A DNA stretch of 64,000 nucleotides from Gekko japonicus (GCF_001447785.1 NW_015168742.1:136471-200470); one strand, 5' to 3'. Counted from the first letter of the stretch, positions 23,119 to 36,630 are shown. Numbers and translations are program-made. The notes: generated by a model not told the origin, from the letters alone.

Positions 23119-25794
23119 ACAGAACTAGAATAAAATAACAAGCTATACCAGTCAGTCCAAACTCAGATTTCAGTAACACAAGAACAGCCAGTTTGTTATT
23201 GAGATGCCTTTAGGAAAAGAGCTAAAAGCCATAAAAGGGCAAGGAAGGACAGAGCAATACAAACTTATTCTATGAGGATGCAAATATATTGTTACAGGTT
23301 GGTTATATGATTACCATGAGAGGGCCCAAAGTTACTCTGAATGGACCTCAGGGCTTTTGATAAAATAAGTTAATGTTCACTAAAAATAGCTGTAGACATT
23401 TTCTAAATGTGCAAATTGCTTGTGGAATGAACATTGAAGGCAATTGCATTTCAGATTATGTGTGAACAACAGCAGTTTTGAGGACACATGAGCAGAGGTA
23501 CTTGTGTGTTAGCTGAAAGTTGAGCAGCATAGAGTGTTAGGTGTTTTTGTTGTTGTTGTTTTTTGGCCCCCCGAAGGGGATTTTTTTTTTTTTTTGCATT
23601 TTCTACACATTACAATTATGGGATAGGGGAAGGGATAGAGTGTTAGGTTTTGTATCTCTAGAGGGCTGATGTTAGGTAGCAGATTTGCCTTTTTGGAGTG
23701 CTGCTTTGTCTCCACTTAGGTTTTACTTCTTCACTTGAAATGCTAGAAAAATGCCATATATCTTCAAAGGTGACCAAAAACTAAATTGCTGCCTCAAGAA
23801 TGTCTCTTCTTTCATGGAAATGAGCATGCAACAATGCATGATCCAGTTACCAACTTTCCATCATATGCAGAATCATTTATATGGGTGCAGAGCAGGGGTT
23901 ATGCTGATAGGCTCCCTCCTGGGGAAACTGATAGGCTCCATAACTAAGCTTATTAATTGTAGGAAGGAGGTTTCGCTGCCACCACCTTATTTGCAACTCA
24001 GGGCTCTCCCCTTTCCTTTCCCCCCATAGAACTATGTATAGCTAGTGAACGACATATTAAGAAATGGACAAAGCATTGTTCCTGAATCCACTGTTACTAT
24101 GAGGGCAAAATTTATAGGGCTCTCATGAAAAATATGTGTGTCTGCATGTGGAGCATGAAGAGATGTGAGATGCATTTAGCAACCCTACCACCCAGGCAGG
24201 CACCAGCTTTTCCTTATAGGCATTTCTGCCTGTCACACAGCTGTTAAAGGCACAGAAGCCCTAGCAGAAAATAAAAGATCGCTACCCATAACTCAAAGTG
24301 TCAGCTGCAATATCCCAAATGTCTTGTTACTTATGAAAAAAAATAGTTTGTGTCCAGATATGTGGAAGATTTTTGTTCTGTTTTGTTTATTTGCCTTTAA
24401 CCCCTTTTCCCAATATCCTGCTTCTTCCATTGAAAATTTGCTTATGCACAAGGGAGAACTGTCAGGAACATCATTGAATGTGGCACAGGGGACTGCAGAA
24501 AAAATTTGGAATCAGCAGAACTTGCTCTTATCCACAAGGTTCACAAATGGAATAAAGGCTCACACAATAAGAGAAAGCAATTTCTCCTGATACTGCATTC
24601 TTCTTGCAGTCTTGTGTTGTGAATCCCATGCTGATCCTGAGGGCATCCCAAACATAAGAAGCAGTCTTTTTTCCAGGGATCTTAGGTAGCTTTTGGGATA
24701 ATGGGACAACATTTCCTTCTACAAACTAGCTGCTTTAACAGAAAGATTGAATCCACCCTTACATTTTTAATTGTTAACTTACAGAAGTATTAAAACTATA
24801 TTTCTTCACTCCATTAGTTTATATGAGATTGATATCGGAGCATCCTAAAATTATCACTGGTGATATTCAATCTGGCAAATTCTATATTTGTGTCATCAAC
24901 ATTCTGAACAAAGGCAATAAAGTGTCAAATTCTGTTTGCTCTTTGTTTTTAAATTTCTTATGCATTGTAGTTGCAAAATTGCATAATTACATGAATTCCC
25001 TAAGTTGTCGATAGTATGTATTTGTACTGAATGTATACAGCCATGATCTAACATCATGATGGTACAGCTAAGAATAAAAAAAGCCACAAGAATCTTATCT
25101 ACAAGCTGCTTGAAGAGTGCTGCTTTAATAAATTAATTTTAATGGTTCAACTGTACCTTCCAAAGCCTATTTTTTCTCCCCAAGGTACTGTTGTATCTGT
25201 TGGGGTAGTGATGGAGTTTAAATCAAATATAAACAAGCAACAAGCCAAAGCTAAAGAAATCAATAGAAGCCATGGGAGTTTGAAATCCTTACATGTTCTT
25301 CAAAGTAAAAAAATAAATTTCTGCTTGAGCTGTCATAAACCCATTTATATACACCAAAGTATCCAAATGAACTGAGGCTGCAAACAATACCCATGAGAAA
25401 TAGATTAGGTATAAGTCTATACATATAAACATAGACATTTATGACAGTCAGCATTCCAAGTTTTGTGTACAACAGCAACCTGCTAGTGATTCTAATGAAA
25501 ATACAACTCTAGTGCAAAACAACTTTAAGAAAATACAATAGAAAATGAGTTGTATCCAATCAACTTTTCAGCTGATGAAAAGGAAAAGAGAAGGCCTTCT
25601 TCCCCTACCAAAAAAGCCCATGCTGGGGAACATGGGACCTGAATAGACAAGAGCCTGGATGAGATGTATAATAAGAAGGAGAATTGGGCAAGAGTATATT
25701 CAAAAGTTGGCTGGATCCAACCCATTGTTTCTCCTACAAGGACAGTAATCATAGTAACGGCTTAGAATAAAAAAAAACTTATTTTGTTTGATAT

Positions 25795-26693
25795 CCAAAA
25801 TGTATAAGGTATTGTTACAATGGTATACAGAGGACGAAACAGTTAAGGAGCAGATGATAAAATGGGCAGTTAATATGAATAAGGAAATATATATGTCATC
25901 CTGGGAATTTTTATGGAAAAATGCAATGAAAATATCAACGTGTAATAATTTAAAAGAAAATTGCTATAAGATGATGTATAGATGGTATATGACACCAAAA
26001 AAGATAGCAAATATAAGTAGTAATATGTCAAACAAATGTCAGAAATGTAAAAAAATAGAGGGCTCTTTTTACCATATGTGGTGGACGTGTGACAAAGCAA
26101 AAAACTTTTGGGCTGAGGTCCATACAGAGATAGAGAAAATTATGAAATGTAAAATTAAGAAAGAACCTGAAATGCTACTTCTGGGACTTAAAATGGAAGA
26201 AGTCAACATTGCAAAACGGACTTTGATGTGGTATATGACTACAACTGCTAGAATGACATATGCTCAATGCTGGAAACAGGAAAGAACTCCCGGAATTTGG
26301 GAGTGGCTAAAAAAGTTACTCTTTATGGTGGAAATGGATAAAATGACAAGAAAGCTTAAGAATCAGGAAGCAGAAGAATTTTTTGCAGATTGGAAAGACT
26401 TTAAAGAATACTTAGAGAAATATTGGGATGTAAAAAGCAACTTATTTTGCTTTGATAACTATTGAAAAAAGAATTAAGTTTAAATATATAAGAACAATAG
26501 TTAAAAGATATGTTACCTGTAGAATTCGATCAATGAGCAAGGGGGAAAAGAGGGAATGACAAGATTTGGGCTGGAGGTTGGAGTACTCTGGGAAGTCAGA
26601 AGGGGTGGGTAATTAGGAGAAAGGGATATATGACAGTTTGTAAGGTGATGTATAGTTTGATTTATTGATATATCCTAATAAAAATTGTTTTTT
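25795..26693 (+). mobile_element. 5'-truncated L1: uninterrupted ORF2 C-terminus and 3' UTR
   Basis: 225-aa ORF with CQKC...HMWWTC finger and YRWYMTP motif; AATAAA; 23-bp TSD aaaaaacttattttgtt(t/c)gatat at 25772-25794 and 26694-26716. Confidence 0.93.
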
Positions 26694-26923
26694 AAAAAAC
26701 TTATTTTGTTCGATATTGCTGAATTAAGAATAGCATGTAAGATTCTTGGCAGCCATACACAGAGTATCTTGCATACTATTGCAAACAAAAAGATACATTA
26801 ATATTGAGTTTAGGTGTTTAAAAGAACAGTCAGCAGGTCTTTCATCAATGAATCTAACAGTAGTTGACTCCCTCATCCTTTGCACTGGAAAATATCTTCA
26901 TTTGGAGCAAAGAGAGCCTGTCT

Positions 26924-27200
26924 AAGGGTTGCCAGCTCTGGTCTGACAAAAGCTGGGAGATTTGGGGGGGGGGTTTACTGGGGAGGGTCGTGTTTCTGGG
27001 AATGTGATTCCCTAGATACTGTGGATATTCCTCGAGTGTCATGGATGATATGACATTATTTCTGGCTGGAGGTCTGGAGGATGTGAAGTAATTTCTGGTT
27101 GATGCTTTCGGAACCCCTCCAATCTATGTCCTTTACCATAGATACTGGTGGAATTCCTAGAGTATCACTGTTATATACTGAGATTGAGGCAGCATTTCCA
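26924..27200 (+). mobile_element. hAT-type MITE fragment
   Basis: agggttgccagctctgg...ggagatttgggggg start. Confidence 0.55.
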
Positions 27201-27317
27201 AAGCAGTGATTTCTTTATTCAGCTCAGAACACAGCAACACAGCAACCACACTCAAAAAACGATGCAACTTTATACATTTTGAACGAGGGAAAACCACACT
27301 CTCTAGCACAGTAATGA

Positions 27318-27400
27318 CCAATTACAATTGAGAGCTTAGAACCAATGGGATTTGTTCCCGCCAAAGTTCAGAGTCTTTGCGGATTGGTCTGTTATGCAAC
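27318..27400. promoter_or_regulatory. Putative promoter-like motif cluster (three CCAAT boxes, E2F site, C/EBP-like site)
   Basis: CCAAT at 27318 and 27342, TTCCCGCCAAA at 27355-27365, ATTGG at 27383, GTTATGCAAC at 27391; motif match only. Confidence 0.3.
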
Positions 27401-27559
27401 AGCGAGCAATCCGACTGCAGGTTTTAGAATACCTGAGAGTCAATGGAGCTTGTGCCTGAAGCTCCGGTGTAGGTTACATAGCATAACACATAAGCAAATA
27501 CATAACAATCACCATCAGTACTTTCCCTCCCCTCAAATCATCGTGGGTGGGGGCTGAGG

Positions 27560-28125
27560 GCAGGGGTAGGTCAAGCCTAGCCTGTCCTGGATGGGGTTGT
27601 ACATATCCTTAAAGAGCAGGTTCATAACTTATATATGCTGCTGGATCCTGGCCTGCGGTTGGAGGCTCAGGTTTCCTCTGTGCCACATAGTTCTTTTTAT
27701 GAGCTTTGGTTTATATGCCAGCTACTGGTTTTAATCAAAAAACCATGTGACTGTGCTGATCCAGCTAAGATTAGTGTGATGCACTCTAAGTGCTTTTGAA
27801 AACTCTCCAAAAAATCAGTTCGTTCAAAATATATAATCTTTGTGCTGAAAAATCTGTTCTGGCTATCCATATGGGAGAATCATCTTGTACCTATGACACT
27901 GTCTTTTAAGTGTTAGGGCAAAACATTTATTTTTATGTAGGCTTTAAGTAAGGGTTTTTAAAAGCTGTTTTATTTTCTTCTAGCTTGTGGTCTGTTTTAT
28001 AGATTTTTAGGCTGCTCAACAGTTGTTTCATGCTGCTTTTATTACTGTGGTTCATTTTTTAATATTGCCAATTTATGTTGTTTTTATGGTTTTATGATAT
28101 AAGTTTTACTTGCAGGCCATCCTGA
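27560..28125 (+). mobile_element. Degraded L2 ORF2/3' fragment
   Basis: ctggatggggttg...aaagagcaggttcat...ctggatcc...gaggctcaggt resembles the L2 RT C-terminal region; T-rich 3' UTR follows. Confidence 0.5.
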
Positions 28126-29225
28126 CCCCCATTCTTTAACAGTCTTCTCAGTTGTAACTGGCTTTTACTGTGCCCTGTGGAACTGAATGAAAACAACAGA
28201 GAATCAGGCACATTGTTAAAGATTACTGTACTATTTGTGGGTCACATTAGAGAGCAACAAAGATGAATTGTAGGAAATTGTTTTAATATTTCATAAAATT
28301 CTACAGTGTCTCAGTGTATGATTGTCCTAAAATGAGCCTTTTCTTTATTTCCTACTTAAATCTTGCTGTATCTTTTTAAATAGATTTTTAAAGCACTTTT
28401 CATTTCTTGTGCTCATTATCTAATTTGGTATTACCTTTGGCAAAACATCATCTGTTTTTAATACTGTTCATTGCTTTTATGTATATATTTTAGAGTTCTA
28501 ATTTTTTCCCTTTGTTGTTGTTGCTACAGTCTTATTCTTACTCACTGTAAAATGCACTGTGTGCTTAAAATGTCTCTACTGGATTATCTATAGCTTGCAA
28601 TCCCTGCTCTCCCTTTGCCAAAATATGACTCATTCAGAAGCCATTAACGTACACAAGTAGTTTAAATGCTACATCTAGTGTGATTTTCCTTTTCCTTCTC
28701 TCTTCTGATTTCATTTTTCTTCTTTTCTTTGTGTATTTAAGGAAGGCTTTTGATATTTCTCTCTCTCCTTTCTAATGTTTTGGGAGGCAAAGAGAGAATA
28801 GGAGAGAAGAGAACCCAGTTCAAATCAATTTTTCTGGATTATCTGAAACATTCAGAACAGACTTAAACTTGCTGTGACATTAGGAAATATTAGATAAATA
28901 CTCACGTAGCATTCCTGGTTTTTTGTTTGCCCCCCCCCAAAAAAATATGCTAAGACTGGATATTTCCTTGACTTTATCTCAAAAATACATACTATAAATT
29001 TGTATTTACCTTGCTTTGTTTGTTCAGAAGCTCAGAATTTAACCGTATGCAAAATGAACTTGATAGAGTTGCCTGACATTGGCTGACAATTAGTGGGAGA
29101 CTTACCAGGTTTGGAGGCAGGGGAGGGGAGGTGGAAATGGCATTGCACACCATCACTTCTGGCTGAGGAGCCAAAGTGACGTCACCATGTCATGATGATG
29201 CTGTAGGATCCAGTAAATCTCTGTG

Positions 29226-31018
29226 AACATAAGAACATAACAGAAGCCATGTTGAATCAGGCCAATTGCTCATCCACTCCAACACTCTGTGTCACACAAT
29301 GACCAAAACCCAAAGAGTGATTAACACTTGGAATTCACTGCCACAGGAAGTGGTGGCGGCTACAAGCATGGACGGCTTCAAAAGGGAATTAGATAAGCAT
29401 ATGGAGCAGAGGTCCATCAGTGGCTATTAGCCACAAGGTATAGATAGGGACTCTGGGGCAAGTGATGCTCTGTCATCTTGGTGCTTGGGGGGGGTTCAAC
29501 AGTGGGAGGGCTTCTAATGTCCTGGCCCCACTGGTGGACCTCCTGATGGCACAGGTATTTCTGGCCACTGTGTGATACAGAGTGTTGGACTGGATGGGCC
29601 TTGGCCTGATCCAACATTGGCATCTCTTATGTTCTTATGTTCTTAAAACCCAAGTGCCATCAGGAGGCCCACCAGGGGGCCAGAACTCCAGAAGCCCTCC
29701 TCCTGTTGCCCCCAAGCACCAACAATACAGACTGTCACTGCCCCAGAAATAGTGTTCCATCTATAAGTTGTGGCTAGTCGCCACTGATGGGCTTCTCCTC
29801 CATATGTTTCTCCAATCTCCTCTTGAGGCTGTCTATGTTTGTAGCTGCCACCACTTCCTGAAGCAGTAAATTTCATGTGTTAATTACTCTTTGGGTGAAG
29901 AAGAACTTCCTTTTATCTGTTCTAAGCCTCCATTAATTTCATTGAGTGCCCACAAGTCCTTGTATTGTGAGAAAGGGAGAAAAGTACTTCTTTCTTGACC
30001 TTCTCTATCCCATGCATAATTTTATAAATGTCTATCATGTCACCCCTCAATCATCATTTCTCCAAGCTGAAGAATTCTAACCTCTTTAACCTTTATTCAT
30101 AGGGAAGGTGTTCCATCCCCTTAATCATTTTAGTTGCCCTATTCTGCATCTTTTCCAATGCTATCTCTTTTTTTTTTTTTTTGAGGTATGGTCAGAACTG
30201 AACACAGTATTCCAAACGAGGCTGCACCATAGATTTATACAGGAGCATTATGATACTGGCTGATTTGTTTTCAATCCCCTTCCTAATAATCTCCAGCTTA
30301 GCATTTACTTTTTTTTATTGCAGTTGCACACTGAGTCGACATCTTCAGTGAGTTATCTACCACGACTCCAAGATCGTTCTTTTGGTCCATTACTGCAAGT
30401 TCGGACCACATCAATATATATTTTTAGTTAGGATTTTTGACTCCAATGTGCAGTAATTTGCACTTGCCCACGCTGAACCTCATTTGCCACATTGACACCC
30501 ACTCACCCAGCCTTGACAGATCTGTCTGGAGTGCCTCACAGTCCTCCCTGGTTATCACTGCCCTAAACAGCTTAGTGTCATCCTCAAACTAAGCTTTTTG
30601 ACAACTTACTTCCAATTCCAAATCATTAATGGACAATTTAAAAAGCACTGGACGTAGTGCCAAACCCTGAGGTACCCTGCTTCATACCACCTTCTACTGT
30701 GAAAACTGGCTATTTATATTCACCCTCTGTTCCCTGTTAATTGACCAGTTTTTAATGCACAAGAGGACTTGTCCTCTTATCCCATGAGTCCTGAGTTTAC
30801 TTTGGAGCCTTTAATGAGGAAATTTATCAAAAGCTTTCTAGAAATCTAGGTAAACAACATGTACTGAATCACCCTTGTCCACATGTTTGTTAACCCCCCT
30901 GAAAGAATTCTAACAGCTTAGTGAGACAAGATCTTCCCTTACACAATCCATGCTGATTCTTTCTCAGTAGCTTTTGTTCATCAATGTGCCTACTAACTCT
31001 ATCTTTAATAACAGATTC
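29226..31018 (-). mobile_element. CR1 LINE (RT C-terminal half plus 3' UTR)
   Basis: gaacataagaacataa terminus; reverse-strand RT motifs near 30570-30860 (gtgtcatc...aact; tttatcaaaagctttctagaaatctaggta). Confidence 0.9.
29314..29644 (+). mobile_element. CR1 3' end nested antisense in the CR1 3' UTR
   Basis: Ends cttatgttcttatgttct; 9-bp TSD aaaacccaa at 29305-29313 and 29645-29653. Confidence 0.88.
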
Positions 31019-32290
31019 GGGGTGTGGTGTCAGCTGTGGCGAAGATGGATGCCTAAAGAGTGTGCTCCGTCCCTTCTCTCCTTTTAAACCTCTTACAACA
31101 TTGACCCAACCGTTCCCAGATCACTTATATTATGGAGAAACAGAAATTTGACAAAACACCATCAGCTTCGAAGATCCATAAACAAATCTCTGACATGCCA
31201 TCGAAATGGAGGAGACGATGACAAAATGGTGAGTGACGACAGCTCGGTAAGCCCACCAACCTCCCTGCTAACCAATGAAGCCCTAGCCGGGCTTTTTAGA
31301 AACATGGAACAGAGAATACTGGAAAACATGACTGCTCTTATTAAACCACTGTCAGACCAATTTGTCGACTTCAAGATCTCCCTCAATAATGCCACACAAA
31401 AGATGGATTGCACCCTAGACCTTGGCATGACTTTATAAAATGGATACCAGGCACTCCAATCTGAAAATGGCTGCCTCCAGAGCTGAGCTCTTAACATTAG
31501 AGGCTTCTTCATGTCAAGCTAACCTAAAATTTCAAGATTTTAATGAATACACGATTCCTGCCATGGACCTACCTTCTTTTCTCATGCATTGGCTCTCACA
31601 AGAATTATACCTAGAAGATGGACTGGCCCCTCTCATTGCCAGCATCTGTCGACTGGGTCCTCTCACTAACGTGAAAAGATGAAGCCCCAGAGACATCCTT
31701 GTGGTAATTCCTGGTGTCTGTACCAGGAAAAAGATATTAGAAATTGCTAGAGTCCAAGGGTCTCTGATGACACTATTTAGGTCTTCCCGGATCTCCCACC
31801 CAATGCCCTTAATAAGTGGTGAGACTTAAGACCCATAATGGAAATCCTTTGTCAAACTCATATACCTTATAAATGGAAAAGACCTTGTGAAGCTCCAAGT
31901 TCTGCACAAAGATGAGCTCTGCTTCACTGAAGATCTTGACATGGGCCATGCACTACTCCAGAATCTTCATATCCCTTTGCCCACAGACTTCAGCAAATCG
32001 ATGCAAAAAAGGAAACTGGACCAGCCACCTTCCCCGATCAAGGGCAGTAAAATACCAATCAGAAATGTTTATATCATCTTTTTCATTTCCACTGTAAAAT
32101 ACCTGTTTACTGTGTATGGCTACATTTGTTACTGATGCCTTCGTTTGAGTTGAACTTACTTAAGCAGGCCTTATAATGCTTGTAGAGGTTTTTTCTGCCT
32201 TCTCCCTGATGTTTATTCTGCTTGCTCTCTGATGTCTTTTTTATACAGACAGCCTGTTAATTTGGCACTTCCTTCTTTCCACTAGGTGGA
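31019..32290 (+). mobile_element. L1 5' UTR and degraded ORF1
   Basis: GC-rich start with gaagatgg; coiled-coil ORF pieces, then LEASSCQANLKF...RLGP...PRDILV, typical of L1 ORF1. Confidence 0.8.
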
Positions 32291-32293
32291 CAG

Positions 32294-32875
32294 CAATGTC
32301 CCCTCTAAGCTCCACAGTGTTGTGAGCAGAAATTCTACCTCATGAGCCAAAAAAAGCTACTAGCATTAAAGTTGTAAGCAAGTTTACATTTGACTGTGTA
32401 AACTAGTTTTTTAGATGATTACTTCCATAACCTTGTAAAAATCTCAGAATAAATATATTTAAACTATAGTTTAAGAATGATCTAAACATTGTAAGAGAAA
32501 ACAGAATCAGGTCAAATTTCACCCACCCCTTTCCACTATATTGGTGGACCTTGCCTTTCAGGTCTACCCCCAGTCCACTATATTGGTAGACCTGGCCTCC
32601 AGAGAATAGGTCTACCCACTCCTTTCTACTATATTGGTAGACCTGGCCTCTAGAGGTCTACCCACACCTTTTCATTATATTGGTAGACTTGGTCTCCAGA
32701 GGTCTACCCACCCCAGTCCACTATACTGGTAGACCTGGCCTCCAGAGAATAGGTCTACCCACCCCTTTCCACTATACTGGTAGACCTGGCCTCTAGAGGT
32801 CTATCCACACCTTTTCACTATATTAGTAGACCTGGCCTCTGGAGAACAGGTTTACCTACCCCAGTCCACTATATT
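32294..32875 (+). mobile_element. hAT-like element with minisatellite (second copy, truncated)
   Basis: Terminus caatgtcccctctaagctcc; units of 42/51/46/46/51/46/51 bp between 32539 and 32872. Confidence 0.8.
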
Positions 32876-33137
32876 GTTCTGGAGGCCTCACTTCAAAAAG
32901 GATGTGGACAGGATGGAGCGGGTGCAGAGGAGAGCGATGAGGATGATCGGGGGCCTGGAGACCAAGCCCTATGAGGAAAGGCTGAGGGACTTGGGAATGT
33001 TTAGTCTGGAGAAGAGGAGGTTGAGGGGGGACGTGATTGCTCTCTATAAGTATTGGAAGGGCTGTCACTTAGAGGAGGGCAGGGAGCTGTTCCTGTTGGC
33101 AGCAGAGGATAGGACTCACAATAATGGGTTTAAATTA
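32876..33137 (+). mobile_element. CR1 ORF2 C-terminal fragment
   Basis: FWRPHFKKDVDRMERVQRRA...YEERLRDLGMFSLEKRRLRGD. Confidence 0.93.
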
Positions 33138-34830
33138 AATTGAAATTCATTAAACAATTGAAACTCAAGAAGTCTCAACAATAATTAAATCACTAAAGAA
33201 CAACAAATCAGCTGGACCATATTGTTATCCGCCAGAATTTAATTGAAAAAATTGCCTCCCTTCTAGCGTCTCCCCTAGCAAAAGCCTGCAATGAAATTCT
33301 GACAATATTTCCTTCGTTGAACACAGTAGCAACTGTAATGATTCCCAAACAAGGGAAAGGCAATACCATCTCCACTTCATACAGTCCAATATCATTATTA
33401 AATCAGAACTATTACGATTTTCACTGCCATCATGGCCAAAAGCCTGAATGAGTTAATTATAGACTACATACATCAGGACCATTCGGTCTTCATGCCAAGA
33501 AGGGACTTGACAAACAACACATATAAAATGTTAAATGTCATCTCCTCCTGTAAAAATGATCATCCTGAAACATTATTGCTTTCTCTAGACATTGAGAAAG
33601 TCTTTGAATCATTAACAACCACCTATTTATATGCTCTATTATGCCACTTGGACTTTGGGGGAAACTTCCTTCGGTTGGTGAAAACCATATACTCCCAACT
33701 TTGTGTGCAGGTGAAAGTAAATGGGCTGACATCTGAAGCTTTCTCATTGCACAGAGGGACCAGACAAGGCTTCCCGCTGTCACTCATTTTGTTTGCAATA
33801 GCTTTGGAAACACTAGCAACTGATATTCGTCATAATATTCAGATACATGGTGTTATGTTGGACAATCATGAGTTCAAACTGAGCATGTTCGCAAACAACA
33901 TGCTTCTTTATGACACACGTCCAAAGCTGCCTTTTCACCATCTTCGAAAAGTACTAATAACCTTTGGTTTGCTTTCAGGATTAAAAATCAATCATTCTAA
34001 ATCTTCTATTTTGCCCCTTAATCTTTCTCCTTCCTCATTAACATTCCCCAAACAATTTTGCATTTATCAATCATCTGAAAAAACTCTTCCATACCTGGGA
34101 ATTCTCTCTGTATCTCCATCTGAATTACTGAAAATCAATCATCTATATAAATTCCAAGATGTAACATCAGACCTACGAAAAAAGAGTATACAGTTATTCA
34201 CCTGGTATGACCACTTTCACCTAATTAAAATTTTTATTCTTCTCTAACTCCTTTTCCTCTTCCGCATAATTTGTATAGTGATTCCTTTGAAAAGTTTATG
34301 CCACTGGCAATCCATATTCAACAACCTCCTCTGGCGACACAAGCACCCAAGAATTGGTTTCCAAACCTTACATCTATGTTCCACTCAGGGAGGATTGAAT
34401 TATCCTGACATCAGTGCTTATTATAAGGCAACGTGATTGATGACCATGGTCAAACTACTACAAAATGAAGAGTATACAGATTGGATTTTGGCTGTTAAAT
34501 CACTCCTCATCCTATGGCCATCTAAGAAATGCTCTGGGCAAACTCAGCTTCTCACCTGAACAAGATTCACCAAAACACATTTCTTCTGGCAATTCTCAGA
34601 ATTTGGAACTCTCCCAATCATTAACTGGTCCCAAGGATTTCTAGATGCCCTTGCTCAAATAAGCCTTTTAATGGCATGCGCTAATCAACTATCTCCAGAA
34701 ATAATTTTCCTACAATACTGGCAACACTCAACCATCCCCAAACTCCAACATGAACTGATCAATAGTTTGCTGACAGCAGTAAAAATGGCAATTGTGTTGC
34801 AATGGAAAGCCGACGTAATCTCTCTGTCAC
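33138..34830 (+). mobile_element. L1 ORF2 RT region, degraded
   Basis: ORF 33432-34247: LSLDIEKVFES, RGTRQGFPLSLILF, MFANNML (degenerate YADD), SGLKINHSKS, YLGI. Confidence 0.9.
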
Positions 34831-35164
34831 ACAAAAATATGAGAACAACCGATCATGGAAGAAATCGCATTGTCTGCTCCAATCAGAAATCTGCCTTCAC
34901 ACCAGGCAGGCAAGTCACCATGTGGTCAGTACCTGGGGTCACAACCCATCTATGTACATGCCTAAGGATCAAATCACCAAGACCCCCCCTCCTTCTCTGC
35001 CCAGGGATAGTTCCTTGATTTGAAAGGATATCTGTTTACCAACTGTAGAAGGGGTCCCTTCTGAGGGAAAGTTCCCCTTTCTTCAGCATGGTGCCCTCTT
35101 TCCCCTTGACCCTCATCAAGGGTTGCCATTCTAGGAGTGGGACACATCTAACAAGTTCCCAAGA

Positions 35165-35340
35165 GTCTGTTCTTGAAAAAGAGCAGTTTCTGTCAAGAGC
35201 TCTCTGAGCCCCGTTTACCTCACAGGGTGTCTGTTGTGGGGAGGGGAAGGGAAAGGAGTTTGTAAGCCACTCTGAGACACCTTTGGGTAGTGAAGGGTGG
35301 GGTATAAATAAAATCTCTTCTTTTTCTTCTTCTTCTTCTG
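35165..35340 (+). mobile_element. Squam3-like SINE, 3' part
   Basis: ctgttcttgaaaaagagcagtttctgtc...ggtataaat...(ctt)n, matches 60833-61112. Confidence 0.85.
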
Positions 35341-35351
35341 TAGTGAAGGGT

Positions 35352-35720
35352 NNNNNNNNNNNNNNNNNNNNNNNNNNNNNNNNNNNNNNNNNNNNNNNNN
35401 NNNNNNNNNNNNNNNNNNNNNNNNNNNNNNNNNNNNNNNNNNNNNNNNNNNNNNNNNNNNNNNNNNNNNNNNNNNNNNNNNNNNNNNNNNNNNNNNNNNN
35501 NNNNNNNNNNNNNNNNNNNNNNNNNNNNNNNNNNNNNNNNNNNNNNNNNNNNNNNNNNNNNNNNNNNNNNNNNNNNNNNNNNNNNNNNNNNNNNNNNNNN
35601 NNNNNNNNNNNNNNNNNNNNNNNNNNNNNNNNNNNNNNNNNNNNNNNNNNNNNNNNNNNNNNNNNNNNNNNNNNNNNNNNNNNNNNNNNNNNNNNNNNNN
35701 NNNNNNNNNNNNNNNNNNNN
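35352..35720. other. Assembly gap (369 N)
   Basis: Run of N. Confidence 1.
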
Positions 35721-36630
35721 CTCTGATTCTCCAGGTCAGCCACCCTGGCCTCAAGGGTGTGAATTCATTCCCTGAGAACCAGGTGCTCCTTGCACTGAAC
35801 ACACATCCCTGACTTCTGTCCAGCTGGCAGACAGTCATACATGTTGTGCTCAGTGCTATACACTGGATAGCTCCCAACCCCCTGCTGGCATTCTATCTTC
35901 ATAATTGTTTTTTTAATCCCTTTTTTAAAAAGAATACATTTCTTATTTATATTGACCTGTGTATGAAAAGTGTGATTAACCTTTATGGACATGGAGACGC
36001 TAGTGCCCTGGCTTCCTCACCCTGCTGCTGAACTCTCTCATCTGCTAAATTTACCTGTTTATTCCCTTGTTCCAGACACTTTGTCACTGGAGCTGGGACC
36101 GTTCAGCATTGGAGTGGGGCCTGCTACCACACAGAGTTGAGGCCTGCTTGTAGGAGCCCTAAATAACTGGAACCAACTGCACTGCTTGGGAGCTTACCTA
36201 TAAAGGAGGATAGGTGATTCAGCTTCTAGTTGATTAAGGATAGACATTGCTGAAGGGGAGCTGTTCAGACAAGAGATCCTCTCCTTCCCAGGCTCCCTTT
36301 GACTTCAAATGCAAATTTAATTTCAAATGTTAATTTAGCCCTTCTAGGCTTGGATTAAAAGGGACTCTATCTGAATAGTCTCAGCAATTACAGGATGTAC
36401 CTAAGTGCTTGTTTTGTTGCAAGGGGGAAAAACACCCTTCTTTAAAGAATGTGAGAATTAGTTTAAATTTTTAGATTTAGTTAAAAATGGGAACCCCTGT
36501 TTTTAAATCCCTAGCTGTATTTAAACCCCAGCTGCAGTTTTTTATTTGTTTTTTATTTGTTTCCCTTTTTCTATTATTAAACCTGCCTAAATTTTAGCCT
36601 TATCTGTGAACTCACTATTCCTAGTCTCGT

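Larger units (their letters stand above)
34870..36400 (-). mobile_element. CR1 5' region/ORF1 (zinc finger and esterase remnants), spanning a gap and a SINE
   Basis: Minus-strand YPVY...MYD...CVQCKEHLVLRE...LEARVADLE (35725-35875) and MVTCLPG esterase motif (about 34900-34925); boundaries approximate. Confidence 0.65.

Noticed and set aside
35036-35877. Long ORFs of 147-235 aa
   Set aside because: Artefacts of translating through the 369-N gap
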